A stretch of DNA of 64,000 nt, from NCBI GenBank assembly GCA_021613535.1, contig CP075495.1, positions 1,116,001 to 1,180,000 of the forward strand, written 5' to 3'. The stretch is from Adineta vaga. Lineage: Eukaryota > Animalia > Rotifera. Below the pieces are notes generated by a model, which saw only the letters and a list, made by a program, of their open reading frames with translations, was not told the DNA's origin and ran no database searches. This document shows positions 11,567-25,157 of this stretch, piece by piece. Position numbers and translations under genes: made by a program. Positions within the stretch are counted from its first letter, which is position 1. Each line of letters begins with the position of its first letter.

Positions 11567-12923
11567 ACTTTTTTTCTGATATATCTGAAAAACGTATTGA
11601 AATAAAATATAATTACAAAACTATCGATATATTTGTTCTTTTTATTATCTTGACTCATATACATTCTAAAAATAATTGCTTGATAAAAGTGACGAAAACG
11701 TAATATTATTCTTTATTTACAACATAAATAAAACAGATTTTCTAATTATATTCTGAAAAAAATCAAAATCGTATGATCTCGCGAAACTAATTTAACACAA
11801 ATTAAGTGAAGAAAATTTCATATTTCTTAATAAAATGATCTATGTGATTAGTTTTTGATTCAAGACGGTTATACATAAGGAATCATTTGCAGAATATTTC
11901 TATAGAACAGAGCTTTGCTTTAACCTCTACTTAAATTGACAATGGTCAAAAAATAGCAGCGTTTCAAATGAAATAAAATTTTTGTCTTATAAAAGACTAT
12001 TTGACAAATGATTTCACTTAACATTTGTACCGAAATTTTCTAGTATCGTAATATATGATTAATTCGTTTCATATTTTCTTTCTTAATCTTTTTTTTGTCA
12101 TAAGAAAGTAATCTATACTTTATTTTTTGTTTCAATTAATATCAAATATCATAATTATTTTTATCACTGTTTCTTCATTTTTTATCAAAAATAATTGGTT
12201 CAAAAAAGTTAAACGATTCCGACTAATTCTTTAACATATTTAATAGATATTTCTGTCTTATTAGTATGTCTGATAATGTTTCCTTCCTATGTATTACAAC
12301 AAACAATTATGCTTTCAAATTTGTTTTCTTTAAAATGTTTTCATTAAAGCAAAAAAAAAAAGAAAAATGTATGAAGTATTGAATATTATTTTAAAGACAT
12401 TCATCAATGTGACGTGGCTTCAATTTCTGTTGTTCTCTCTCTTGTGAATATTTAATTTGCCTTTTTTTTATGCTAAACGTTACTTTGTGTAAATTTTCAG
12501 ACTGTTTTTTGGGTAAAAAAATTCTTTTTCTTTTTCAAGTAAGCAACATTATGTTATTATGTCTCGTATTAGAAAAGATATATGAAATATAAATGTTTTC
12601 TCCCTTGAATAACTGATTTTCTATTTCATGAATTCGATATTATCTATAGATCTACAAATTTATAGATGTGTCTTTTCAGTGTTTGAGAATAGGATTGAAA
12701 GAGAATTATAATAACTATTTAGTATCATATGATTGAATGTCTATATCGAATAAAAAGCTTTGTTTTGTTAAACTCTTATATATAAGGAAGAGAAATATAT
12801 GTAGAGATCAACTCTTTGATGAAATATAGAATAACCTGACAACAAAAAAAAAACACATCATCTGTAGACATGTTTTAATAACTTTAGATGTGAAGAAATA
12901 CATTATACTTATTAGAATAGATC

Positions 12924-14304
12924 ATGACAATATCAAATATCAGTTCGTCTAATTCTCAACATTCGAAATCATTCAAGATTCGTCTCTTTGTATTTATTGC
13001 TTTTATTATTATTATTTCATGTTTAATCTTCATTCGATTGGATTTAACCATACCTCATACAAGTATTCAAAGTATATTCAATCGATCAATTATTTTCCAT
13101 AAAAGTAATATTACATTTTCAACATCAATTAGAAACAATACAACTCAGATCAAAGATACAGATATAAATTTAACAAATAATACAAAACTTAATTTAAATT
13201 CAAATAATTCTGATCAACCAAAAGAAGCATTTGTGACATTTTGTAATAATAATCCATTATATCTATCAATATTCGAAGTTTTATTAGATTCAATTCATAC
13301 TTTTTCAACGAGACATATAATTGCATTTGGAATTGATGTTGATCTCAATATCGATACGAAGAAATATCCTCGACTTATTAAACGACGAATTTCACAACGT
13401 GATTGTGGACCGGTAATACATCATTCTTCACTTAAATTTCAGGATAATAAATCACGTATTTCTTTTTTTTTTATTTTAGTCAGTTTATTTCTGTAAAATA
13501 CATGCTATTGTTAGTAGCAATGTTGAATACGGTGTTTTAATGGAAACAGATGATGTAGTCAATTACAATGTTGATGTTCTCTTTGATGTTCTTCACGCTT
13601 GGCCATATCCAGTACCAATATCACCACGTCATCCTGATGATCCACATAATTATTTTGATTTTATGAAAGAATTCAATGTTTCTAAACGTACGACACCTTA
13701 TCTACATGCTCATATGATATGGAACTATCGTGCAATGCCGTTTTTACGAAATCTTCAGTCAGTTTTACATCAGGGACATTTTCATGGTGCAAATTATGAT
13801 GAAACAGCTGTTAATGTTATGCTGTGGCAGGCTAAAGCTGATCATACATTATGCAAATATGGTAAGAATATAAACATTACATCTTTATAATCATAGAAAA
13901 ATATATTGTTCGAATTGATCGATAAGTCGAATTATATTATTCTTTGAACTATATATGAGAGCATAGAACACATGAATATATATGTAGAGGAGAAGAAAAA
14001 AAAACACTATTTTATTATTTTAGATCCTTTTTTCTCGTATTCAGAAGTGTATGAACGTTGGCCAATAATAACAAATTGTTCTAAATATTGTCATACAGTA
14101 TTTCTAACATTGCATGGTAGTAAAGAAGCTCGAACATCTGCAGCACTTTTAGAAAGATTAAAAAAAATGAGAGGTAAACCAACAGTACAAACACTTGGTA
14201 TGGGTGGTCTATATCATTTGAATGATACTAATATTACATGCTGTTATCCAGATAGTAAACCATCACCAATTCATCCACTTTTATGCAAACATTCGAAAAA
14301 CTAA
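12924..14304 (+). CDS. Type II membrane protein, probable GT-A fold glycosyltransferase
   Basis: Exons about 12924-13412, 13480-13861 and 14023-14304. Short cytosolic tail, TM helix and an Asn/Thr-rich stem, then EAFVTF, LLDSIHTFS, a DxD-like METDD and YDETAVNVMLW. Confidence 0.6.
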
Positions 14305-14824
14305 GAGGAATTTTTTAGTAAAATATTGTAAACTGATTTTTAATAATAAAATAAAATATTGATAAAGAAATCAGATGATAATAATGATTAGTCGTAGTAT
14401 AAATATTACTAATAATGAAAATGAACTTTTCAAGTAATATTTTGATAATTTTATGATAATATTGACACAATTTTGAATAACATATAGATGAAAGGTGAAA
14501 GCTTATCGTTGATATTTTTGTAATGAATAGATATGAAAATAAAGTTTCTTTTTCTTTTAACATGTATAAACGAGTATTATATAATCGTTTTACTTTCATG
14601 ATACACATATGCATTCGATAAGAATTGAATGAATTTAGATTCAATAGAATGATTTATATATATATATATATATCGTAACTTATGTTTTAGGCGTATAGTG
14701 AAGTCAGTACATTTATCGTTCATTTAAATGTATTTGCATTGAAATATCGTCGCTCGTTAACGATAGAATTGTATATGAATGATTATTTTAAATAAGAATA
14801 GAAAATGTTCAATTTTTTTTTCAG

Positions 14825-15547
14825 ATGTTCTCTTATATTATTATTGTTATTGTCTATTTTTCTTTGATTGAAGGTCAATTAAATGACACTATTATTCGTC
14901 AAACACGTCCTCTGTCATCATCTACATTCGATGAAATCATAATTGATGGTGCATTTGACATATTTTTAAGTCAAACATCAACTCCTAGTGTTGAAATTGA
15001 AGCACCTATTGATATTCAAAATTATATTATTGTCAAAATTATTGAAAATCATATTCTTTCTATTTCTATTCAAGGATCAGTAATGATCAATAAAAATATT
15101 TATGCTTATATTAAATTTCCTTCGCCATTACGTCGTTATACAATTAAAGGTACTGGAAATATCTTAACCGATGATAATGGAATATCAAATGATAATACAG
15201 AAGGATTTATTTTAAATAATCAAGGTGTAGCAAATATTGCCATACGATTAAATGTCACGAAACTTCAAGTTAATCATACAGGAACAGGCAATAGTCGATT
15301 TTGGGGTGAAGTACGAGGTGAAGCATATTTTAATGCGAAAGGAGTCGGTGATATCAATGCATTAAATTTAATAACAAAACAAGCTAAAGTACAATCGACA
15401 GGTGTTAGTATTGTACGAATTGCAGCGACCGATGATGTTCAGATTGAAGTATCTGGTATTTCAAGTGTTTATTATCGATTACCTGTAGGAAAAAAACCTA
15501 GTAAAGCTATTGCAACTGGACTTGGAAAAATTGTACTTATTCATTGA
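14825..15547 (+). CDS. Secreted GIN-domain (DUF2807, adhesin-head-like beta-solenoid) protein
   Basis: Signal peptide, FDEIIIDGAFDIFLSQ..SVEIEA, repeated GxG motifs (GTGNI, GTGNS, GVGDINALNL) and ending GLGKIV. Intronless coding region. Confidence 0.85.
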   Translation: MFSYIIIVIVYFSLIEGQLNDTIIRQTRPLSSSTFDEIIIDGAFDIFLSQTSTPSVEIEAPIDIQNYIIVKIIENHILSISIQGSVMINKNIYAYIKFPSPLRRYTIKGTGNILTDDNGISNDNTEGFILNNQGVANIAIRLNVTKLQVNHTGTGNSRFWGEVRGEAYFNAKGVGDINALNLITKQAKVQSTGVSIVRIAATDDVQIEVSGISSVYYRLPVGKKPSKAIATGLGKIVLIH

Positions 15548-16701
15548 ATCTTTCTTTATATGATTTATTAGACAGGGTTTATCATATCTTTAAAATAGTT
15601 GGGTTTTTTTTGCTTGGTACATACATTTTGTTGTGAATTGTATTGTTTTATGTTTACTGTGCATATTTTCATTATTGGTAAAAACAATACGTAAGAGAAA
15701 AAGAATTGTTTTTTCAACTTCTCATGAAAGTGTTTTGTTCGACACTTCACTATTCATTTTCTACTTCGATAAGACAAAAAGAATGAAATCGAATGCTTCA
15801 AACAGTTGTTATTCTATTCAACAATGTTATTTTTATCATTTACTGATTTATTTTATTCAAACGAAAACAGTCAGATCAAAATTGAAAATATATATTACTT
15901 TTCTTTTTTTATTCGCTCAAAACTGATCATCGAAAGGTATTGGCGTTACAAAATGATGAGAAAACAAAAAGAAGAAAGACTCAAGAAACAGTCTAAGGAG
16001 TTGAATCTTCGAACCACTCACGATTGACATAGAGTAATCATATAGAGAGACACGTTCAAAGATCAGTTCACCATCTGTGGAGTCAGCTAATGCAACTAAG
16101 TGCTTGTTCCACTATCTAAAGCATCTGTCTTCCACATTGATCCAAAACTATGAACGACAATTGAATCATTTTTATGTATATCGGTTACTGTTTATCTTCA
16201 TTAAAAGACGTAGAAACATTTAATTACGCACATACGAGCATACTTTTTACTTTTTCAGAAAAAAATATTCATTCGCATTACTGAGAATTGTTTGTTTCTC
16301 ATTATTCCTCGATTTTCTTTTTTAACCGCATTCTTGACAAAATTGTCCAAGCCACAACAATAACAATTCGCTCGTTCGCTTTATTTTCAATAGTTTGATC
16401 CATAATTGTTGTTGATCACAGAATATTTCAATCCTTTTATATATACATATATGTTTTCTTCAAACTCAACAAAAAAAAACCTAAAGAAAAAAGACGTCTC
16501 ATATATTTTTCTTTTCTTCTCTTCTCATTTAATGTGGTTGCTGACGGTTAAATTGTTCTTTTTCTTTTTCAATCTTGTAAATCAAAACAGTTGAAAATAT
16601 TTTCTTTCGAATTCTTTTCGTTGTGGTCTTCTTCATCTTTTACCATATTTACATACATTTTCAGTTTTGAAAGCAGCATCAATCAAATACCGATTACAAT
16701 C

Positions 16702-19700
16702 ATGTCAACTAAAATCTTCCTTCGACGATTAACGGATATGGCAACATTTGATACACTTCAAGATAAACTTTCTCGTCTCAATGATACCTATTCGGTAAGT
16801 ATGATGAAATTATCTACATACGAAAATTGAAATCAAACATGTCAAAAAATCTATAAGTAATTTGTATTTAAGGTAAATTCAATCGATACGAATGTTTCTC
16901 GATGTATCGATATTATCGAGCTCAATGCTCGTGTTCAACGAGAACTTTTCAAACTTCTCAATCTTGTTTCAGCTGAAGGCAAGTCTTTTACAAAATGTTT
17001 TTTTTTGTGTGTTTGTGTTTTGCATTATCGAAAACAAAAGCTTTAACTAACCAAGGAAAAGAAACGATCGTTACGAACACATACGTAAAAACCAAACAAT
17101 GCTTACTTCGAAAAAAAAGAGAATTAAAACTTTTTCTTTGTACATAACAAATAACAACAACATCAGAGGGCGTTTTTCAAGGTTGAATTCATCGTGTGAA
17201 TAAGAATGCTCGATGTCATTTTGAATATAAGGTAATTTATAGAAAATATTAAAAAGAAGAGAGAAGATGTATCAGAAATAGAATAGTCATCATAATCATA
17301 AAGTATACTTGAGAATCATTTATTTCCGTAAGAAAAAGAAAAGAATAACATACGTTTTCATTTTCTATGTAAATTCATATAGATTTATTCAATGAATTTA
17401 TTATCAATCATTCAAAATCTTTGATTAACTTCAAGAATGACCTTTCTTATTTCATCAATGTTTTATGTTCAGTCGTTTCTATCGATTCTTCTTCAGTTCA
17501 CTTCGTTTCTTAGATTAATCTTATCATGAAATATAGGTCGAATGTCATACAATTAACATAAAATGCATCTATACTAAAAGTTGACTTTTCTTCTTCTTCT
17601 TCTGATTCACAATAGATAATGATACTCATCCGTACTTCTCAATGTCATGAGTATGACGATAGACAATTAATGTAATGAATTTCTTGATAGTTAAGTTTAG
17701 AAACAAACTAATAATACAAACAGTAGACCAATTTAACCTGAAGGCATTTAAGAAAAAAAAAAGAAATAAAGATAAACGTTTATGTCTCATGCACGCGATC
17801 CGTAATGAATAGTAGTGTGTAGCACTAAAGAATTGCATTTACAATGTGAAAGTCTGTAGTGAATCACATGCACACATATTTGTATGTGTTATTTTAGTAA
17901 TGATAGTTTACGAATAGACTTTTCTTTTGAACATCATTTTCTAAAAGCATTAGGGATTAGTACAACATGCTATTATTTCATCTGTCTCTCGTTTTCCATT
18001 TTCCGTCATCCATAATTAAGTAGGAGCAATAGTTTTCTTCGGTCTCTTCTTTTCCTTTTTTTTTATATTCCGATGCATCTTTCATGCACATTTCCTTTTT
18101 TGAAGAGTACGTACGAGAACATCAGCATGAATAAATGAGAAAAAAGATTAGTAATGTTACGTGTCTTTCCTTTGAATTAGTCAATACTGACTGAAATCTA
18201 TACAAGAGATTTCATTAAAAGAAGAAGAAGAAGAAGAAGAAGAAGAAGAAAAAATAGCGACACATTTGCTATACATGATCAACTCTATTATTTCTATCGG
18301 TACTATCATTATGAACAAAAGAAAAGCGAACGAATAAAGGAGTGGCAATTCAAACTAGTCGTTCTCATATTGCGTGCGTTCTTTATCATTATTATGTGAA
18401 ACACGGAATATGAGAAATACAAAGACATTCCGAACGTCAATTTTGAGACGATAGAAAAGTATAAGGAAGAGGAAAAGAATAGATATACTCATGATGACGG
18501 TAAATGATGAATTTCTCATTTATTTTTATTGAACATATACATAGACAAAGAGCAATTTCTATGAACAAAAGATCTTTAGAATATATCAAATTTTCATAAG
18601 ACAAAACAAAAAGAAGAAGAAGATCAGACATTTTGATTGTTACGACTAATCAATATCAAACTGAATCAGTCATGAAAACTTTAAGTAAAGAAATCGATTT
18701 TCTGCTCTCGTGCACATCTTTCTTTTTTTCATTGTGCATATGGCAAATAATGTTCTCATCTTCCGAAACATCCATTTTTCTCCCTTCTCTTTTTTCTGTA
18801 GATTCTCATTTGTCATCTTCTTTTCTTTCTATTATGCTTATCGTCTAACTAAAACTCGCAAATGCTCGATCGAGTTGCATTATAATAAGAAAAAAAAATC
18901 TCATCATGATTGTTCAACTATTGTATGCGTGTGTGTGTGTGATGTGCGAAAGAGAGAAGAAGAGGAAAGAAGTCGGTTTCTTTTTTCTGACATCGTCGTC
19001 AAATGGAAATGCTTTCTTCCGGGTGTCGATCTTTTTTTCTTCTTCTTCTTTCTCTATTACTTCTCGTCTCGTTCATAGCGACAATTGAGAAAGATAAAAA
19101 GCAGTGTTCACTCACATTCTATCTTCTTATGCTTTCACATACACACATAATAATCTTGCACGAGATAGCTGATACACTTAGTGCATTGTTTAGTTTCCTC
19201 TGTATTACAAGCACCAGGTGATATCAGCTTCTATCGGCGGGGAATAATAATCATTAAACTCTCCTCTCTTGTTCCATACATTCTCATATATTATATATAT
19301 ATATAGGTGGTGTTTATGGTGGTGCGTCAACAATTCGAGCACGACTTTTACCATTTCTTAATGTTGAAGCATCATATCTCAATGGTTTGTTGAGTAATAC
19401 AGGTTCGGATTTATATCCATATGCATGGTGGCGTTATCCGTACGCACATCTACGTACAACAGCTGAATTTCATTCATTGGCTAATGAATATGAAGGTAAT
19501 TTGAATAATTTGGAATTGGATTTACGCGATGCCAATGATGATAATGCTCGACTTGAAGCAGAGTAAATATTATTTGATATTTTTACCTATACTAATAGTT
19601 CTATTCAGATTGGAAGAAACACGAGCAGAATTAATTGATGAACGCGCGAAATCAACAGGTGAAAAGATGTTCATTGAAGCTGAATTGTCCAATTTACGAA

Positions 19701-21100
19701 CACGGTAAATTAAACGAATAGAAATCTGTTTATTCATTATAAAATTCTTTTTTTTTAATAGACTTAGTGACACAGAATTTCGTCTTACACTTGAACGTTA
19801 TAAACCACGATCGGATATTATTCTTGATCATACCGAACGTGATATTCGTCGTTTACGTAATGATATTGAATTAGCACAAATTCATTCACGATCATCTTCA
19901 CCAGTTCCAAGGTAACTAATTTTCTCATCGACAATGACTTTTATAAACTCTCGGAGAATTAATTTTAGCTATACGACACGACGTTCTTTGTCACCAACTC
20001 GTTCATTAGTTCCATTAACATCATCGAGTTCGTCAGTACAAGTAGTCCGTGAAGATTCGCTTATTCAATGTTACAATGATTTAAATGCGCGCGAACGACT
20101 CAGTGCCATGGACATTCTTCGATCTGTTTCTGATGATTTCGATATGAATCGACGCATCTGTTTTACTGTTATTCAGGTAATTATAAAAGATTTTCCTTTT
20201 ATTCTATTACTCATTCTCTGTTCTTTTAGGAAGCATTTTCAGTAGCAAAACGTCGTTCGAATGAATGGAAACTATGTCTTCGTTCGCAATTTGCGATTTC
20301 ACACAAAGGTCCTGACTCACTTGAAGATGTTGTTCAAGATTATATTAATCGAAATGTTGAACCATTTGAATTGCCAAATCTTGTTTCGGTAAAAATTGGA
20401 ATTAAATCAAATTTGATGCTATTTTGAAAGGAGATTTTTTAGGAAATAATCAGTAATTTAAATCGTAATCCACGATTAAGTCTTCCACTTGGTGTTTCTT
20501 ATACATTAATTAGTACATATATTCGAGAAGCAATTCGTGTAGCTTGGCATATGTCATGTCTATCTTATCCATTTGATGTTGCATTTGCCACTGATGGTGA
20601 AGTTTTTGATAGTTCAAAGTAAATTTGATTTAATTGTGAGATGAAATAGAAAGACTGAAGAAATTTAGATATCGACGAAGTTACGATTCGGAATATGGAG
20701 CACCATTAGTTGATCATCATATCTGGCCCGCATTGATGCAAGGTGGACGTGTTGTCGTTACAGTAAGTTTTATTAGAATATTTATTATCTTTATGGTTGA
20801 AATATGTTTTTTCTATAAGGGTGAAGCATGTACAAAACGTGGTGCTTCTTTAGTATGTATTTTCATTATGAATCTTCTATGTGTCATTAATGAATGTATT
20901 CTTTGTAGAGTCGTTCTCGAGCTGCAAGTCCACTTCGTTTAGGTTATACAAGTCCAATTCGTAGTCGATCGATTAGTCCTGTTCGTCGATCACGAACAGC
21001 AAGTCCAGTGAGATTCTCACCGATAAACCGTAATTATTTCAGATTATTTTTACCCATTCTTTCATATCTTTTTTTCTTTTCTTTAGGTTACTATCAATAA
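16702..21100 (+). CDS. SPATA18: Mitochondria-eating protein (MIEAP/SPATA18)-like
   Basis: About 12 exons. N-terminal IIELNARVQRELFKLLNLVSAEGGVYGGASTIRARLLPFL, a central coiled coil, C-terminal YRRSYDSEYGAPLVDHHIWPAL and an RS/SP-rich tail. Confidence 0.85.
18221..18250 (+). repeat. (GAA)10 microsatellite inside the long MIEAP intron
   Basis: Read directly from the sequence. Confidence 0.9.
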
Positions 21101-21337
21101 AAACTTGCTGCAGGCCAAACAACTATGAATAAAAACAGACACTATTTTCTTTTCTAACGTAGATAATCATAATAGCATACTTATTCTGTTTCCTACTACC
21201 GATCATGACGAAAGAAGCACGAAAAAATTCACTTTTTTTTTTAAAAATTCATGTGTATTCAGAAAAAAACAAACAAGCATGATTGAATGTTTCCATTTAT
21301 AAAATAGCCTTTTTTTTCTTAATAAAAGTAAAAAAAA

Positions 21338-22984
21338 CTAATGAATTCGTTCTTCATACAGTGCATCGATTTTTGAGGCTGAATCAAAAGTTAAAGAAGG
21401 ATCATTTTCTGCGAAAGATTTATCAAGTAAAGTTGATGCTTGATCAAAGATCTTTTGATTATTTAATGCTTTATCTTGTAAATGTTCTGATGGTGCTAAA
21501 TTACCTAATTGAATGTTCATTTTATTCATTCGTCGGCATGTATGTGTATGTTCATTCAATAATTGTTCCTTCTTTTTTAATTTTTGTGTTGTTTCATCAC
21601 TATGATCAGAACGATCAAGAGATTTTGTGTAACCTTGAATTAAAGCAAGAATAATTTCTTGTACATAAGTTTTCATCAATCGATGACCAAATTCAAACGC
21701 ATTTTCATGATTTGGTAACACAAATGGATGTGGACGATGACGAAAATGAACTGGACGAAAATTTCTTTGATGATCATAAATAATGATGGCCGCCGTATTA
21801 TTATATACATCACAATAGTTCGGTGCGGAAAACAAACTGATAAGAGTAGGAAATTGTGATAATGAACCATTTTTAAAGAAAAGTAAACCGTTTTGTACGA
21901 CTTCATGTGCACGAATAATAGCCAAAATATTATTTTCAATTAAGAACCGTTCACATGTAGTATAATTAAAATAGAATGAACAATTTCGTTGTTTATTGAA
22001 CGTCCATAATTGTGTTTGTTGGTCATTGAATTGTGGATGTGGATCAGACCACATTAAATCACAAAATGGACCTTCTGATGGTATTTCTTGAAAACGATTT
22101 ACTTTAGAAATATCATCTAATGATTGTAAATGTGGAGATAATCCAGCATGCATACAAAGAAATCGATCATCAATTAAAGCACATATTGGAAAGCAATCAA
22201 ATAATAACATAGATTCATACCAAAGATCAAGAGAATATTTTACTTGACATTCTTTTTTAAATGTAAATACTTGAGTCATCTGACGTGATTCATGATTTCC
22301 ACGTAAAAGTATAAATGATCGAGGATGATTGATTTTAAGAGCTAAAAGAAGAAAAAGACATTCGCACGAGAATGAACCACGATCAACATAGTCACCCAGA
22401 AAAACATAAGTTTGTTGACCAACTGGACCACCTAACTCAAATATTGTTAAAAGATCATAATATTGTCCATGAATATCTCCAACCAATGTACAACCTCGAG
22501 GAATAGGAATAATATTAGGTTCTTGAATGAATAAAGCTTTAGCTTGATATAGAAGATGATGCCATGTTGGTTCAGCCAATCGACCTTATAAAAAATCAAG
22601 ATGCGTTTTTCCTTCAAAAAAAACAAGAATAGTCAGATCATTTAATACCTTCGTTTTTTAAATGATGTACAAGAAGATCAATATTTATTCGTTCACCACG
22701 TCGAAAATCAAATAATTCATCGATACGAAGTTTATGTACAATAGGATATGGTACACTCTTACACACACGATTAGTCGGTGGTCGACTCGAGAGAAGAATC
22801 TAAAACGAAATCTTTGTCAATCGATACAAAGACGAATGAAATGACTAACTGGTTGACGCTGTTGTTCTTGAAGTTCAGTTAAACTTTGAGCACGTGGTAG
22901 ACCTGATCGAGATTGAGATTCATGCTTCTTCAATGGTTCAACATGATCGAATGGATTGAATTGCCATCGCGTATTTGGATTCAT
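21338..22984 (-). CDS. Divergent calcineurin A-like (PPP family) Ser/Thr phosphatase
   Basis: Exons about 22984-22850, 22799-22650 and 22586-21338. RVCKSVPYP, HLKNEGRL, GDIHG, GDYVDRG, RGNHE, DLMWSDP, RAHE, FPTLISLFSAPNY, HPFVLPN and an AID-like FDSASKIDALYEER. Confidence 0.9.
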
Positions 22985-23584
22985 TTATTTTTAATCTAAA
23001 TAGAGATGCAAATACTTGGCAAAAGAGAATCAATCAATTTTGACTATAACTAAATGAAATGCGATACGGTTAGTTGCACCCTCGTGTTTATGTGTCATCA
23101 GCGTATTAGTCAATGTTATGAATAACAAAATATATATCTATGAAATATATCTTTACATTCATGTATCATCTGTATTTTATTGATGTCCTTCAATGAAGGC
23201 CATCTCATATCTGTTTTCAACAAAAAAATATAAAATATTTTTTATTTTGATTCTAGAAATATACCGTTTATCGATTACTTATTTCTTATTCTAATAAAAT
23301 ACATATAATTGTACAATAGGCAATGGCTTGCGAGGGAAGAAGAAGCAGAAGGAAACCGTTATGTATAGTGACCTCTTTCTCTTCAGTGATAATTCTCATT
23401 GTTTTGTCATTTAAAACTATTGAAAAAAGTACTGATCACTCACAAAAGATCATTTTCCTTATCATTATGGAATAAATTCCTAGTGACATCTGTTCATTGG
23501 TTGCTTGGATATAATGTTCACTACCTATTTCTTGATGGTAGACTTTTTTCTTCTGTTTATTTTAATCTTCATTCAAGGTAAACA

Positions 23585-24880
23585 ATGTATCATACCAAGT
23601 AAAAGTTTCACAAAAAAATAAATCTTTGATATATTTCCTTTTATCTATTTGAATTCTAGTGATACGAACAATACAAAGTTTGTCTTAGATCGTATAAATC
23701 AAGTGGAAAAATATCTAGGTTCTATATGTGTACAATTCGGTAAAGTTTGCCGAAAAGAAGCAGGATTACGTGATTGTAATGATGCATTTGTTCAAAATAT
23801 TTTTGAATTTGCTGATCGTGAACGATTAAATACATCGTTAAGAGAAAGTCTTCAACAATATGCTGGTTATCTATCAGCAGTTGAAGATTATCGAAATACA
23901 CTTGTAAGTTATCTATTCGATTTTTATGCGTATCTAATGTTTTCTGTATAGATTTCACGAATTGAAATACAAATATTAGAACCACTTGCTAAATATGGTG
24001 AAATAATGAAATTCAAACGAGTATGTAATCAAATGAATTAAAAGAAAAAGTGAATCAATTTTTTTCTTTCTAGCAAGCTGTTCAAAAGGCGATTGCTGCA
24101 CGTGATAAAGGTGTTCAACGGCAACGCAAATTGCAACAAACAACTGATCGTAATCCGGGCAATCGTGATGCTATTTTAGCAATGGAAGTAAATGCTGAAC
24201 ATGCACAAACAGAAGCATCACGTGCAGATAATGTTGTTCAAGACGAAATTGATAAATTTGAAGAAATGAAACTTACAGATATAAAAGTATTTGAAAAAGA
24301 TAATCATACGATTCTTTGATTAATTCATAAAATGATTTTGTTTATTTTTTAGAAATATTTTACTGATTTTACTTTGATAAATTTGACATTTCATGCTCGT
24401 GCTATGGAAATGTATACGCTTGCACATCAACAATTGATGAATATTAATGTCTTACATGATTTGGAGGTATTATTTATATTGAAAACGTGTTTTTATAAAT
24501 AAATTTGATGGTTGTAGGAATTTCGTAATGCAGCTCCATTTCATCGTCTTCATCCATCTCAACGAAGTGTTAGTGAATTAGCACTCAGTGATCCAAGACG
24601 TCAAGGAACAAATAGTCTTGGTGGTGGTGTTCGTACAGGTTCATTGAGTGCTTTACCAGCTGCACATCGTAATCCCGATTTTGGTTCACATCATAGTCTA
24701 CCAGTCGATACTAATCCATATAAAACTGGCTCACATAGATCTCATTCGACACATAGTCCTTCCCATAATTCAAGTTCTACGCATGGACATTCATCGAAAC
24801 ATAAAACAACAAGTAAAACTCCTACAGGAAAAATCGATGATGCTGAATCATATTCATCCGACTCAAGTAGTTCAAACTAA
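23585..24880 (+). CDS. CIBAR1: FAM92/CIBAR BAR-domain ciliary protein
   Basis: Six exons. RKEAGLRD, SAVEDYR, EPLAKYG, IDKFEEMKLTDIKKYF and FHARAMEMYT..DLEEFR. The start exon (ATG at 23585) is inferred from splice phase. Confidence 0.82.
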
Positions 24881-25157
24881 TTGACATGATATTTGTGTGT
24901 GTGTGTGTGTTTTTAAAACTAACGAATTTGTTTTTTATACGATTTATAATCTCTTATACTTTCTCATTAGAATTTTCTATAAGTTTAATAAACAAAAATT
25001 TTTCATTTATACACAATACGTTCATTTTTCATCATCAAAACAAAACAAGTCTTATTTATCAATCAAAAATAGCGCATTTCATTTCAAATTAGAATTTATT
25101 TAGTTTGTACATCAATTTTCTACGTTATTTTATATAAAAATATCAATTCAATAAGAT

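Noticed and set aside
17626-19221. Cluster of short Phe/Leu-rich ORFs
   Set aside because: Low-complexity intronic DNA of the MIEAP gene with no protein motifs.
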